Source: Candidatus Zixiibacteriota bacterium (lineage in GTDB: Bacteria > RBG-13-66-14 > B26-G2 > WVWN01). Taken from it: 64,000 nucleotides of DNA. The number at the start of each line of letters is the position of its first letter. Position 1 is the first letter of the stretch. Below are positions 9,550 to 19,418 of the stretch, piece by piece. Location: contig WVWN01000064.1 in NCBI GenBank assembly GCA_011773985.1, forward strand, positions 32,580 to 96,579, in the 5' to 3' direction. Below the pieces are notes generated by a model, which was given only the letters and a program-made list of their open reading frames with translations, was not told the origin of the DNA and made no database searches. Position numbers and translations under genes: made by a program.

Positions 9550-12084
9550 TCACTTGCCGGCTTCGGCGGTCTCGTCTAAAACTACAGACGTTCTCGTAAC
9601 GCGCGCGGCGCGGCCTTCGACGGGCGAAACGTCCGCCAAGTGCGCTATGAAGTCGAAGAGGGTTCCGACCGCGGCTGCGGCCAAGTCGAATTCCAGCGTC
9701 GCGTTCTCGCGCACCCACGACGTTATTTTCAGAGCGGCGGCCAGCTCTTTGACACCCCGCCGGGTCGGTATTTTAAAGTTGGCGCTTTCGAGCCGCGCGT
9801 CCACTTTATCGACTATGGCGTCGCGGCGTACCTTCAATGACTCGGCCATAGGCGCGAACTCCACCTTGTAACGCGCACTTCGGATAACGACGGCGAGCGA
9901 GGGCGCGGCCAGGTCTACCTCTTGCGCCGCTCGGACCGCGAACGGGCCCTCGCAGTTGACGCGGGCGACGAAGTCCTCGGGCGTTGTTTTCTCGCGAAGG
10001 AAGACGTCCCCGAACTCTTGCTCGGCCGCGACGCCCACGGGTAACGCCGGGGCAAGTACGAGCCGCGGCTGGGGCGAGAATCCGCCGGACGTCGAGAGGG
10101 ACACCCCGGCCCGGCGCAGTTGGGCTACGAACAACCGGTACAGCTCGAGGTGAGATAACCAACGCCACGCTCCGGTTTTGCTATAGGTAAACCTCAGCCG
10201 TTGCCGGCGGGCCGTTAGGCCGTCGTCGGGTGATGGCTCGAGCGGGGGCAGCGACCACGTCGCGAACGAGACCGTCGCGCCATCCTCACAAGCGCCGCAC
10301 AGCCTGCAGGTTTCGCTCGCGCAGCGGGGCGTGCATTCGCCTTTTAAGGCCTTCCTTAGTTCGGCGACTAAGAAGTCCTTGTCGACGCCCGCGTCTATAT
10401 GGTCCCACGGTAGCGGCGCCTCGAGCGGAAATTCCCGGCAAGCGTAAGTTGCCATTTCGAGGCCCGCGGCGGCGAAGGCGGCTTTCCAGGCTTCTTCGTC
10501 GTACCGGTCTCGCCAGGCGTCGAAGCGGGCGCCGCGGCGGTACGCGTCGAGGATTACGGCTCCGAGGCGGCGGTCCCCGCGCGCGAGACAAGCTTCCAGG
10601 ACGCGCGCGCCGACCTCCCCTTCTACCTTGACCTGGCGGGGGGCGTTTCTTTTGGCGAGGGCGATTCGACGCCGGAGTACGTCGGGGGGTGCAAGGCCAA
10701 GCCACTGGAACGGCGTGTGCGCTTGGGGCACGAAGGCGGATATGGCCGCGGATATGTTTCCCCAGCGGCCTAAGCTGTCGCGCAACGCCCGCCGGCAAGC
10801 GGCGATAAGCTCGCCGATGGCCGCGGCGTCGTCGTCCGTCTCGGTGGGGAGGCCGACCATGAAATACAATTTGACGTTCCGGCAGCCGGCGCGGCCCGCC
10901 GCGGCTACCGCGCCCAAGACGTCGTCGTTGCCGAAGTCTTTGTTTATCACCGCGCGCAGGCGTTCGGCGCCGACTTCGGGCGCGAAGGTCTGTTGACTCC
11001 TTTGGTGGGAGACGAGCGCTTCGGATACCTCGCCCCGGTAGGAGGATATTCTCGCCGCAGGTAGCGACAGCTTTACGTCGGGTCGGCACGCGCGGACGTT
11101 TTCGACCAGCGCCTCGAGCGGCGTATAGTCGCATGCGTTGAGGGCGAGGAACGACAGCGCCGAGGCGCCCGTGGCCCGCGTCAGGGTCAACGCCTCGTCC
11201 AGACAGGCCGCGGCCTCGCGCTCCCGCGCGGGCCTCGTTACCATCCCCGCCTGGCAGAAGCGGCACCCCCACACGCACCCGCGCATTATTTCGACGACGA
11301 GGCGGTCGTGCGTGGGAGGCATGTTGGCGACCACCGCGGGCGGCGCCGGTATCCCCCCGGCGCGGGCGAGCAATCGCTTGCGTACGCGCGCCGGTGCAAA
11401 GGGCTTTTTCTTCAGGTTGGCGAATCGGCCTTCCTCGTACGTCGGCTCGTACCAGCCGGGAATATAAACGCCGGCGACGCTGCCGAGACGCCTTAGCACC
11501 TCGGCCCGGGACAGGCCTTCCGCGCGGGCCACGCGCGCCTTTTGCGCGAGCTCGACGATAGTCTCTTCCCCCTCGCCCAACGCCACGGCGTCGAGGAAGT
11601 CGGCCATAGGTTCGGCGTTAAACATAGCCTGGCCGCCGGCGATCACCAGCGGGTCGGCCTCGCCGCGTTCCGCCGCGAGTAACGGTACCCGGGCAACGTC
11701 CAGCATCATCAGCGCGGTGGTGAAGTTGAGCGGCGACGCGAACGAGAAGCCGAGTACGTCGGCTTGGGACAGGGGGAGGCCGGACTCGAGCGCGGCGAGC
11801 GGAATGCCGCGGCGGCCCAGCTCGGCCGCCATGTCCGGCCAAGGGGCAAAGCAGCGTTCGGGCGCGACGTTTGGGACCGAGGCAAGCGTCGCGTAAAGGC
11901 CCAAAAACCCTTTATGGCTCATACCGATTTCGTACACGTCCGGGTAACACAGGACGAAGCGGAGGTCGCCCGCGCCGGGAGGAGGCGCGGCGCCGGTCTC
12001 GCCCCCTATGTAACGGGCCGGTTTTTCGACCAAGGGAAGGACCGTTTCGATGCCGGATTGCATATGCGGTCGGTTAAAATACAA
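9550..12084 (-). CDS. Fused radical SAM protein (TIGR03960-like B12-binding/radical SAM core plus TIGR03936-like 'radical SAM-linked' C-terminal domain)
   Basis: 844 aa; radical SAM Cys cluster (MRGCVWGCRFCQAG); these two families are commonly fused or adjacent and linked to rng/rne in Firmicutes and other phyla. Confidence 0.7.
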   Translation of the reverse strand: MYFNRPHMQSGIETVLPLVEKPARYIGGETGAAPPPGAGDLRFVLCYPDVYEIGMSHKGFLGLYATLASVPNVAPERCFAPWPDMAAELGRRGIPLAALESGLPLSQADVLGFSFASPLNFTTALMMLDVARVPLLAAERGEADPLVIAGGQAMFNAEPMADFLDAVALGEGEETIVELAQKARVARAEGLSRAEVLRRLGSVAGVYIPGWYEPTYEEGRFANLKKKPFAPARVRKRLLARAGGIPAPPAVVANMPPTHDRLVVEIMRGCVWGCRFCQAGMVTRPAREREAAACLDEALTLTRATGASALSFLALNACDYTPLEALVENVRACRPDVKLSLPAARISSYRGEVSEALVSHQRSQQTFAPEVGAERLRAVINKDFGNDDVLGAVAAAGRAGCRNVKLYFMVGLPTETDDDAAAIGELIAACRRALRDSLGRWGNISAAISAFVPQAHTPFQWLGLAPPDVLRRRIALAKRNAPRQVKVEGEVGARVLEACLARGDRRLGAVILDAYRRGARFDAWRDRYDEEAWKAAFAAAGLEMATYACREFPLEAPLPWDHIDAGVDKDFLVAELRKALKGECTPRCASETCRLCGACEDGATVSFATWSLPPLEPSPDDGLTARRQRLRFTYSKTGAWRWLSHLELYRLFVAQLRRAGVSLSTSGGFSPQPRLVLAPALPVGVAAEQEFGDVFLREKTTPEDFVARVNCEGPFAVRAAQEVDLAAPSLAVVIRSARYKVEFAPMAESLKVRRDAIVDKVDARLESANFKIPTRRGVKELAAALKITSWVRENATLEFDLAAAAVGTLFDFIAHLADVSPVEGRAARVTRTSVVLDETAEAGK

Positions 12085-12116
12085 AATATTATAACATCGT
12101 ATTACGTACGGACCGG

Positions 12117-12145
12117 TTGAAATTTAGCAATTTTTAATTTAAAAT
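12117..12145 (+). promoter_or_regulatory. Candidate sigma70-type promoter for ppdK (TTGAAA-N17-TAAAAT)
   Basis: AT-rich island; -35/-10 spacing 17 nt; good GGAGGG Shine-Dalgarno site 6 nt before the ATG at 12210. Confidence 0.35.
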
Positions 12146-12209
12146 ATAAAGATTTTTAGCGACGTTCCTTCTCGACCGCATCTTGCCCCTCACCCTCACG
12201 GAGGGCGTT

Positions 12210-14924
12210 ATGGATAAAAAGTACGTATATTTCTTCGGCGACGGCGCTACGGAAGGCACCGCTAAAATGAAGGACCTGTTGGGCGGCAAAGGGGCCGGCC
12301 TCGCGGAAATGACCAACGTCGGCATCCCGGTCCCTCCGGGCTTTACTATTACCACCGAGGCTTGCGTTTATTACTACCGGAACGGCGATTTCCCGCCCGG
12401 TTTGGAAGAGGAAGTCGAGATCCATCTCGGGCGGGTCGAGCAATCGCTGCAACGACGCTTCGGCGACGTTGACAACCCGCTCTTGTTATCGGTACGCTCG
12501 GGCGCGAGGGTTTCGATGCCGGGTATGATGGACACGGTACTCAATATAGGCCTTAACGATAAAACGGTCGTCGGCCTGGCGCGGCAAATGGGTGACCTGC
12601 GGCCCGCGTACGATTCGTATCGGCGCTTCGTACAAATGTACGGCGACGTAGTCTTGGGCCTTAAACCGGAGGGCGCCGACGACGTGGACCCGTTCGAGGA
12701 GATTATTGAGCGTGTTAAGGAGGAACGCAACGTCAAGGTCGATGTGGAATTGAGCGCCGACGATTTGAAAGGACTGGTCGGCCTTTTCAAGGAGGCGGTG
12801 AGGGAGCGCAAGGGCGTCGATTTCCCGGCGGACCCGCGCGAGCAATTATGGGGAGCTATCCGCTCCGTGTTCGCGTCGTGGGACAACCCGCGGGCGGTCA
12901 CTTATCGCCAGATAAACAACATCCCGGACGAATGGGGGACCGCGGCCAACGTCCAATCGATGGTCTTCGGCAACCTGGGCGAGGACTCGGGGTCGGGAGT
13001 GGCGTTCACGCGCAACCCCGCCACGGGCGAGGCGGGCCTTTACGGCGAATACCTGTTCAACGCGCAGGGCGAGGATGTCGTCGCGGGTATCCGAACGCCG
13101 GAGCCCATCGCGACGTTAGCCGAGACGCAGGCCGAGATGTACCGCCAACTGGCCGAGGCCGCGACGAAGCTCGAGGCGCATTTCCGCGACTTGCAAGACC
13201 TCGAGTTCACTTTCGAGCGGGGGCGGTTGTGGCTGTTGCAGACGCGGGCCGGAAAACGGACCGCGCACGCCGCGCTCACTATAGCCATCGATATGGTTTC
13301 CGAGGGCTTGATGACCAAAGAAGAGGCCCTCCTCTCGATGGAGCCGGAACAGCTCAACCATTTGTTACGGCCGGTGTTCAATTTGGAACAAAAAGAGGCC
13401 GCGGTTAAAGCGGGCAAGGTCGTCGCCCGCGGCTTGAATGCCGGCCCGGGCGCCGCGTCGGGCAAGGTCGTCTTCAACGCCGCGGACGCCGCGGAATGGG
13501 CCGGCCGGGGCGAGAAGGTCATACTCGTACGCGTGGAGACGTCGCCGGAAGATATAAAAGGCATGTCCGCGGCCCAGGGTATTCTCACCGAGCGCGGGGG
13601 AATGACGTCGCACGCGGCCCTCATCGCCCGCCAAATGGGCAAAGTCTGCGTCGTGGGGTCCAGCGACATCCGGATAGATTACAAGAAACGCCAGTTCGTC
13701 GCCGGCGACGTTGTCGTCAAGGAGGGCGACGAGATTTCGGTGGACGGCACGACGGGCGAGGTCTTGCTCGGCGCGTTGGAGACTGAGCCGTCCGAGATAA
13801 GGCGAGTTCTGGTCGACGAGACGCTGGCCCCCGAGAAGTCGCCCATATATCGGCAATACGCGGAGTTCATGTCCTGGGCCGACGACGCGCGGCGGCTCGA
13901 GGTCTGGACCAACGCCGACCAGCCCGAGCAGGCGGCGACGGCGGTCAAGTTCGGTGCCCAGGGCATAGGCCTCTGTCGCACCGAGCATATGTTCTTCGCG
14001 GGCGACCGCATTACGTCGATGCGCAAGATGATCGTCGTAGAGGACGAAGCCGGGCGGCGCACGGCCCTCGAGGAGCTCCGCCCTATGCAGCAGGAGGACT
14101 TCGTCGGCATATTCCGGGCGATGGCCGGCCGGCCCGTGGTCATCCGCACGCTGGACCCGCCCCTACACGAGTTCCTGCCCACTGAGCCGGCGCAAATAGA
14201 AAAACTGGCAAAACGGATGGGGATCCCCGCGCGAGAGTTGGCGGCTAAGGTCGAGACGTTGCGCGAGGTAAACCCGATGTTGGGCCTCCGCGGCTGCCGT
14301 CTGGGCATCATCTACCCCGAGATTACGGAGATGCAAGCGCGCGCCATAATCGGCGCCGCGGTCGAGTGCATCCGCGAGGGTGTCGACGTTAAACCCGAAA
14401 TAATGATACCGCTCGTCAGCCACGTAAATGAATTCTACAACCAGGTCCTCGTCGTGGGGCGGGCCGCGGACGCCATTATGGACGCCGAGGGCGTAACGGT
14501 ACCTTATAAGGTCGGCACGATGATCGAGGTCCCGCGCGCGGCGCTGACCGCGGACGAGATCGCGCTCGTGGCCGACTTCTTCTCCTTCGGCACCAACGAC
14601 CTTACGCAAACGACTTTGGGCATTAGCCGCGACGACGCCGGGCCCTTCCTGCGCTACTACGTCGCCCACAACATCCTCAAGGAGAATCCGTTCGAGACCG
14701 TGGACGTTGCCGGCGTCGGCTTGTTGATGGAGATCACCGTCGAGAAGGGGCGCGCGGCCAAGGCCGAGCTGGAGATAGGTATCTGCGGCGAGCAAGGCGG
14801 CGACCCGGCCACCATCGCGTTCTGCCACAGGATCGGCCTGAACTACGTATCGTGTTCGCCCTACCGCGTGCCGGTGGCGCGGCTGGCCGCGGCGCAGGCG
14901 GCGATAAAGAACGCGCAGGCTTAA
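12210..14924 (+). CDS. ppdK: Pyruvate, phosphate dikinase
   Basis: MDKKYVYFFGDGATEG... N-terminus, phosphohistidine and PEP-utilising domains, ~905 aa; the ORF-track start at 12183 is a TTG upstream extension, the ATG at 12210 with its Shine-Dalgarno site is the likely start. Confidence 0.9.
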   Translation: MDKKYVYFFGDGATEGTAKMKDLLGGKGAGLAEMTNVGIPVPPGFTITTEACVYYYRNGDFPPGLEEEVEIHLGRVEQSLQRRFGDVDNPLLLSVRSGARVSMPGMMDTVLNIGLNDKTVVGLARQMGDLRPAYDSYRRFVQMYGDVVLGLKPEGADDVDPFEEIIERVKEERNVKVDVELSADDLKGLVGLFKEAVRERKGVDFPADPREQLWGAIRSVFASWDNPRAVTYRQINNIPDEWGTAANVQSMVFGNLGEDSGSGVAFTRNPATGEAGLYGEYLFNAQGEDVVAGIRTPEPIATLAETQAEMYRQLAEAATKLEAHFRDLQDLEFTFERGRLWLLQTRAGKRTAHAALTIAIDMVSEGLMTKEEALLSMEPEQLNHLLRPVFNLEQKEAAVKAGKVVARGLNAGPGAASGKVVFNAADAAEWAGRGEKVILVRVETSPEDIKGMSAAQGILTERGGMTSHAALIARQMGKVCVVGSSDIRIDYKKRQFVAGDVVVKEGDEISVDGTTGEVLLGALETEPSEIRRVLVDETLAPEKSPIYRQYAEFMSWADDARRLEVWTNADQPEQAATAVKFGAQGIGLCRTEHMFFAGDRITSMRKMIVVEDEAGRRTALEELRPMQQEDFVGIFRAMAGRPVVIRTLDPPLHEFLPTEPAQIEKLAKRMGIPARELAAKVETLREVNPMLGLRGCRLGIIYPEITEMQARAIIGAAVECIREGVDVKPEIMIPLVSHVNEFYNQVLVVGRAADAIMDAEGVTVPYKVGTMIEVPRAALTADEIALVADFFSFGTNDLTQTTLGISRDDAGPFLRYYVAHNILKENPFETVDVAGVGLLMEITVEKGRAAKAELEIGICGEQGGDPATIAFCHRIGLNYVSCSPYRVPVARLAAAQAAIKNAQA

Positions 14925-15016
14925 TTGCATGCGGCGGGAAGGTTCCGGGCGAGCGCGGGCGTTGGCGGTTAGCGGTTGCCGGGGCTCTAAATAATCGTTT
15001 TGGAGCGAATTGATCT

Positions 15017-15661
15017 TTGTCTCCTGACGAAAGCAACGGTGGCCACAGCGGCGGTTTACGCGGCGAAGGTAACGTCCTCCTGAAGCGCGGCGATTACGGA
15101 GCCGCGCTCGCTACGTTTGAGAGGGCGGTGGCGGGGGACGCCGCCGACGCCGAGGCGCATCATGGCCGGGGCGTCGCGCTCCGCGGCCTCGAGCGCTACG
15201 ACGAGGCCGCCGCGGCGTACGACGAGGCCATAAGGCTCGAGCCGGATTATACCGCGGCCCACTTTAACAGGGCCTTCGTCCTGGATAAGCTCGAGCGTTA
15301 CGAAGAGGCCGCAGCCGCGTACGCCAAAGCTATTGAGCTTGAACCGGACAACGCGAAAGCATATAATAACCGCGGCGTCGCGTTGGCCCGTCTGGGGAAT
15401 TACGACGACGCGCTCGAGGCGTACGACAAGGCCTTAGCGCTTAAGCCGAACGAAGCCAGGTTTTATTACAATCGCGCGTGCACTTTCAGCCTTTGCGGTA
15501 GGCGGGAAGAGTTGCTAGCGGATCTCGCGAAGGCAATTGAACTGGCGGCCGGGGTGAGGAAGTTGATTAAAGCGGACGGAGACTTCCGCGCCTACGAGGA
15601 CGACGCGGCTTTCAGGCGGTTGGCCTATCCCGAGGAGTTCGAGCGGGACGAAGAGGGTTAA
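15017..15661 (+). CDS. TPR-repeat protein
   Basis: Five or six 34-aa TPR repeats (…AYNNRGVALARLGNYDDALEAYDKALALKPN…). Confidence 0.7.
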   Translation: MSPDESNGGHSGGLRGEGNVLLKRGDYGAALATFERAVAGDAADAEAHHGRGVALRGLERYDEAAAAYDEAIRLEPDYTAAHFNRAFVLDKLERYEEAAAAYAKAIELEPDNAKAYNNRGVALARLGNYDDALEAYDKALALKPNEARFYYNRACTFSLCGRREELLADLAKAIELAAGVRKLIKADGDFRAYEDDAAFRRLAYPEEFERDEEG

Positions 15662-15703
15662 CGGCGTCGCGCCGGCGCTCGCGGATAATACGGAGGTTTT
15701 GAC

Positions 15704-17728
15704 TTGCCGACGATAAAAGGAATGCGCGAAGGTATGAAGCCCGTGATGTGGGCCGTTGCGGTGGCGTTCGTGGCGTCGCTGTTCTTCGTGGGCGTAACTA
15801 CGCTCCGAAAGATCCTTCGCGGCGAGAGCCGTGGCCCCGTGGTCGTTGAGATAGACGGCAATAAGATAGGCCAGGAGGACTTCGAGCGTATATTCTACCG
15901 CGAGATGGGCCTCCGCTACCGACACTTCCAGCGCGAATCGAATCGGGCCCCGACCCAGGAAGAGGAACGCGGCCTGCGCGTGACGACGGCCAACGCGGTG
16001 GTGAACCAAATCGTCCTGAAGGAGCTAACGCTGCGCGAAGCCCGGCGGATGGGCCTGCGCGTCACGGACGAAGACGTGCGCATCCTGATCGAGAAGATGC
16101 CCATCTTCCAGACCGACGGCGAGTTCGACCGGCGTAAATACGAAAATGCCGCCTTAGAGGAGGCGGGGATGACGCCGGGCGAGTTCGAGGCCTGGCTGCG
16201 CGATAATATCCTGATGGACCGCGTCTTTACGATGGTGGGTTCCGCGGCGCGGGTTTCCGAGGCCGAAGTTAAGGCCCACTTCGACGAGGAGGGCGAGAAG
16301 GTCCGCGTCGCTTACGCGTTCCTCCCGGCCCCGCCAGAGCCTAAGGCGAAACCTTCGGAGGAGACTTTGAAAGCTTATTACTCCGCTCACCTCGCCAATT
16401 ATCATTTGGGGCGCCGGGTAGGTATAAGGTACGTGCTCGTGGATTTGGCGACGCAACGCAAGGCGGTTAAAGCGAGCGAAGCGGAGGTCAAGGAATACTA
16501 CGAACGGAACAAAAACGTTTACGCGGACGCGGGCCAGATTCGGAGCCGCCATATCCTATTCGCCGTGGCCCCGGGCGGGGACGACCGCGCGTGGGAGGAG
16601 GCCCGGGCGAAGGCGGAGAAAACCGCGGCCCGCGCCCGGGCGGGCGAGGACTTCGCGACGTTAGCCCGGGAGTTGAGCGAGGACCCGGGGAGCGCGCGCG
16701 AGGGCGGCGACCTCGGCTTCTTCCCCAAAGGGCGTACGGACCCCGATTTCGAGGCCGCGGCCTTCGCGTTGAAGGAGGGGGAGATAAGCGGGCCGGTTAA
16801 AAGTATTTACGGTTATCACGTCATCAAGCGCGAACCGGATTTCCCGCCGCTCGAGGAGCAAGCCGACGAGATCAAAGAGATGCTCGAGACGCAGGCCGCG
16901 GAAAATCGGGCGTTGACGCTCGCGACGGACCTTGCGCAGCGCGTGGGGGCGGGAGGCGACCTGGCCGCGGAGGCTTCGGGAGCGGGTTTAAAGGTCGAGG
17001 AGGCGGGCCCCTTCGAGGCCGCGGGCACGGTCGGCGATTTGGGTTGGCAACAAAGCCTTGCCGAGGAGGCGTTTACGCTGGAAGTGGGCGGGACGGGCTC
17101 GGTGTTGCCGGTCGTCGATTTTGACCCCCGGGCGCCGGGCCGCCGCCGCTTACGGGGTTACGTGGTCTATCAGGTGGCCGCGAAGCTCGAGCCGGGGCCG
17201 GCGCCGTTCGGCGAGGTTAAAGAGAGAGTGGCGAGCGATTGGCGGCGGGATGAAGCGCTGAAGGCCGTATCCGCGGCCGCGGGCGACCTTTACGGGCGGG
17301 CGAAGGAGACGGGCGGCTTGGCCGGGGCCGCCAAGGCGGCGGGTGCGGATTACGGCGAGACCGCGCCGTTCAGCCGCCTTACGCCGGCGCCGGAGTTGGG
17401 GGGCAATTACGGCGTCGTGGCCGCGGCCTTCGGTGCGCAAGTGGGCGGGGTCGTAGGGCCGCTGCGGGCACCTTCCGGGTACTACGTCGTCGAAGTACTT
17501 GAGAAGACGCCCGCGGACCCGACGCTCTACGCGACGCGCGCCGACGAATATAGGGCGAGCTTGTTAAACGAGCGGCGCCAGCGTATGCTGGAGGAGTGGT
17601 ACCAAGGTCTCGTCGCGCGCGCACGCATAAAGAACAACCTGAGCGCCTATCTCGGCGCCGAGGAGGAGGAGGAACCCGGCGAGCGCCGCGGCGACTTCGA
17701 TTTGCCCTTTGGCGCACTCGGCTACTGA
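15704..17728 (+). CDS. ppiD: Periplasmic chaperone PpiD-like (SurA N-domain plus parvulin PPIase), membrane anchored
   Basis: N-terminal TM anchor, parvulin rotamase core (IRSRHILF...GGDLGFF), 674 aa. Confidence 0.7.
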   Translation: MPTIKGMREGMKPVMWAVAVAFVASLFFVGVTTLRKILRGESRGPVVVEIDGNKIGQEDFERIFYREMGLRYRHFQRESNRAPTQEEERGLRVTTANAVVNQIVLKELTLREARRMGLRVTDEDVRILIEKMPIFQTDGEFDRRKYENAALEEAGMTPGEFEAWLRDNILMDRVFTMVGSAARVSEAEVKAHFDEEGEKVRVAYAFLPAPPEPKAKPSEETLKAYYSAHLANYHLGRRVGIRYVLVDLATQRKAVKASEAEVKEYYERNKNVYADAGQIRSRHILFAVAPGGDDRAWEEARAKAEKTAARARAGEDFATLARELSEDPGSAREGGDLGFFPKGRTDPDFEAAAFALKEGEISGPVKSIYGYHVIKREPDFPPLEEQADEIKEMLETQAAENRALTLATDLAQRVGAGGDLAAEASGAGLKVEEAGPFEAAGTVGDLGWQQSLAEEAFTLEVGGTGSVLPVVDFDPRAPGRRRLRGYVVYQVAAKLEPGPAPFGEVKERVASDWRRDEALKAVSAAAGDLYGRAKETGGLAGAAKAAGADYGETAPFSRLTPAPELGGNYGVVAAAFGAQVGGVVGPLRAPSGYYVVEVLEKTPADPTLYATRADEYRASLLNERRQRMLEEWYQGLVARARIKNNLSAYLGAEEEEEPGERRGDFDLPFGALGY

Positions 17729-17731
17729 GGG

Positions 17732-18388
17732 ATGGGCGTGGCGGAACGCGGCCGCATAGGCACGGACGAATCCGGGAAAGGCGACTACTTCGGGCCGTTG
17801 GTCGTCGCGGCCGTTTACGTGCGCGACGGCGCGGACGAGGAATTTTTGCGGGGGCTCGAGGTTCGCGACTCCAAGAGGATTTCGGACCGGCGCGTCGCGG
17901 TCCTCGCGGCCGAGGTCGCGAAGAAGCTTCCTCATTCCCGCGTCGCCATCGGCCCCGCGCGCTACAACGAGCTCTACGAGAGCCTGGGCAACCTCAACCG
18001 CATCCTCGCCTGGGCGCACGCGCGCGCGATAGAGAACCTCGCCGCGGCCTTCCCCGCGGCGACGCGCGCCGTGACCGACAAGTTCGGCGACGACGCCTAC
18101 GTCGCCCGGGCGCTGATGAAGCGTGGGCGTGAGCTTGAGCTCGTGCAAAAGGTACGCGCCGAGGAGGACGTCGCGGTGGCCGCGGCGTCGGTAATTGCGC
18201 GCGCCGAATTCCTGAGGCGTCTCGAAAGCCTGTCGAAGAAAGCCGGCACGCCGCTGCCCAAAGGGGCCTCGGCCTCGGTGGAGGAGGCCGCGCGTCGGTT
18301 GGTTAAAAAAAGAGGAGAGGATTCCCTCAAAGAATTCGCGAAGGTTCATTTTAAGACGACGAGCCGCCTTTGTCTGGAAGACGACTAG
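17732..18388 (+). CDS. rnhB: Ribonuclease HII/HIII-family protein
   Basis: GTDESGKGDYFGPLVVAAV active-site motif (DESG); 218 aa. Confidence 0.65.
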   Translation: MGVAERGRIGTDESGKGDYFGPLVVAAVYVRDGADEEFLRGLEVRDSKRISDRRVAVLAAEVAKKLPHSRVAIGPARYNELYESLGNLNRILAWAHARAIENLAAAFPAATRAVTDKFGDDAYVARALMKRGRELELVQKVRAEEDVAVAAASVIARAEFLRRLESLSKKAGTPLPKGASASVEEAARRLVKKRGEDSLKEFAKVHFKTTSRLCLEDD

Positions 18389-18413
18389 GGGCCCAGCGTC
18401 AGGGGGATTCGCC

Positions 18414-19358
18414 ATGGTTCGACGCGTTGGGACCGTATTTTCCGCGGCCGCGTTTTTAGCGCTGGCCTGCTATGAGCCGCCGCCGCCGGAGGAGCGTGCG
18501 CCTATGTGGTTATGGCATCACGGCCCGACGGCCTCGGACTTGTACGACCTTGCGAGCTCCGCGCGCGACGACGTTTGGGCCGTATGCGTAAACGCCAAGG
18601 GCGCGGGCGAGGTTTTAAACTACGACGGGTACCGCTGGGCCTTTGCGGAACTGCCGCCGGTGAAAGTCGGGCCGTTATACGCGGTGGACGCGGTGGCGAG
18701 CGGCGACGCCTGGGCCGCGGGGGGCGGCGACTACTTCCTATACTGGAACGGCAATCTCTGGCGGGACTGGCCTCACCCGGCGCCGGGCAAGAACGTCTAC
18801 GGCCTCGCCATGCTCGACGACCTCAACGGCTGGGCCGTGGGCGAGGGGGGCCTTATTTTCAAGTTCGCGGGTGGCAGGTGGACGCGGCTCGAGTCGCCAA
18901 CGAGGGAGACGCTGCGGCGCGTCCGGTCGCTCTCGAAGACGTCGGCTTGGGCCGTGGGGGACGGCGGGACCGTCCTCCACTACGACGGCTCGAGCTGGCG
19001 GGCGGTCAACTTCCCGCCGACGATGGACCTCTACGACCTCCGTTTCTTCGCCGACGGCGACGGTTGGGTGGTGGGCGCGGTGGCGTCGCTCTACCGCCGG
19101 GAAGGTTCGGAATTCAAGAAATATAAAAGCCCGGACCCGGACATCACTTATCAGTGTTGTGCCTTCGCGGCGAGCGAGCTGGGCTGGGCCGGCGGCAACG
19201 AGATGCACGTCGCCCGGTACGAGGAAGGCGCCTGGAGGCTGGAGCAAAACATGCCGAGCGGCAATTGGCAGCTGGCGGCGATGCACATGGTATCGGCGGA
19301 GGAGGGTTGGGCCGTGGGCGAGGGCGGGACGATGATGCATTATTGCCGGCCGCGCTAA
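18414..19358 (+). CDS. Lipoprotein with Ycf48-like (PSII_BNR-type) beta-propeller repeats
   Basis: Lipobox (LALAC); about seven repeats of a GWAVG(E/D)GGT(I/V/L)L.YDG..W motif. Confidence 0.5.
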   Translation: MVRRVGTVFSAAAFLALACYEPPPPEERAPMWLWHHGPTASDLYDLASSARDDVWAVCVNAKGAGEVLNYDGYRWAFAELPPVKVGPLYAVDAVASGDAWAAGGGDYFLYWNGNLWRDWPHPAPGKNVYGLAMLDDLNGWAVGEGGLIFKFAGGRWTRLESPTRETLRRVRSLSKTSAWAVGDGGTVLHYDGSSWRAVNFPPTMDLYDLRFFADGDGWVVGAVASLYRREGSEFKKYKSPDPDITYQCCAFAASELGWAGGNEMHVARYEEGAWRLEQNMPSGNWQLAAMHMVSAEEGWAVGEGGTMMHYCRPR

Positions 19359-19382
19359 GGCCGCCCGAATTTATGCGATATA

Positions 19383-19414
19383 GAAACGCCGCCTCGCGCG
19401 AGGCGGCTTTTATT
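19383..19414. terminator. Bidirectional intrinsic terminator between the convergent Ycf48-like gene and paralog 1
   Basis: Perfect 20-nt palindrome GCCGCCTCGCGCGAGGCGGC followed by TTTTATT (plus strand) and GUUUCUAU on the minus-strand transcript. Confidence 0.5.
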
Positions 19415-19418
19415 GTCG

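Noticed and set aside
10286-11278. 330-aa minus-strand ORF inside the large radical SAM gene
   Set aside because: Alternative frame of the 844-aa radical SAM protein; extreme Arg/Gly/Pro composition.
17564-18415. 283-aa minus-strand ORF
   Set aside because: Antisense to ppiD end and rnhB; no RBS, no motifs.
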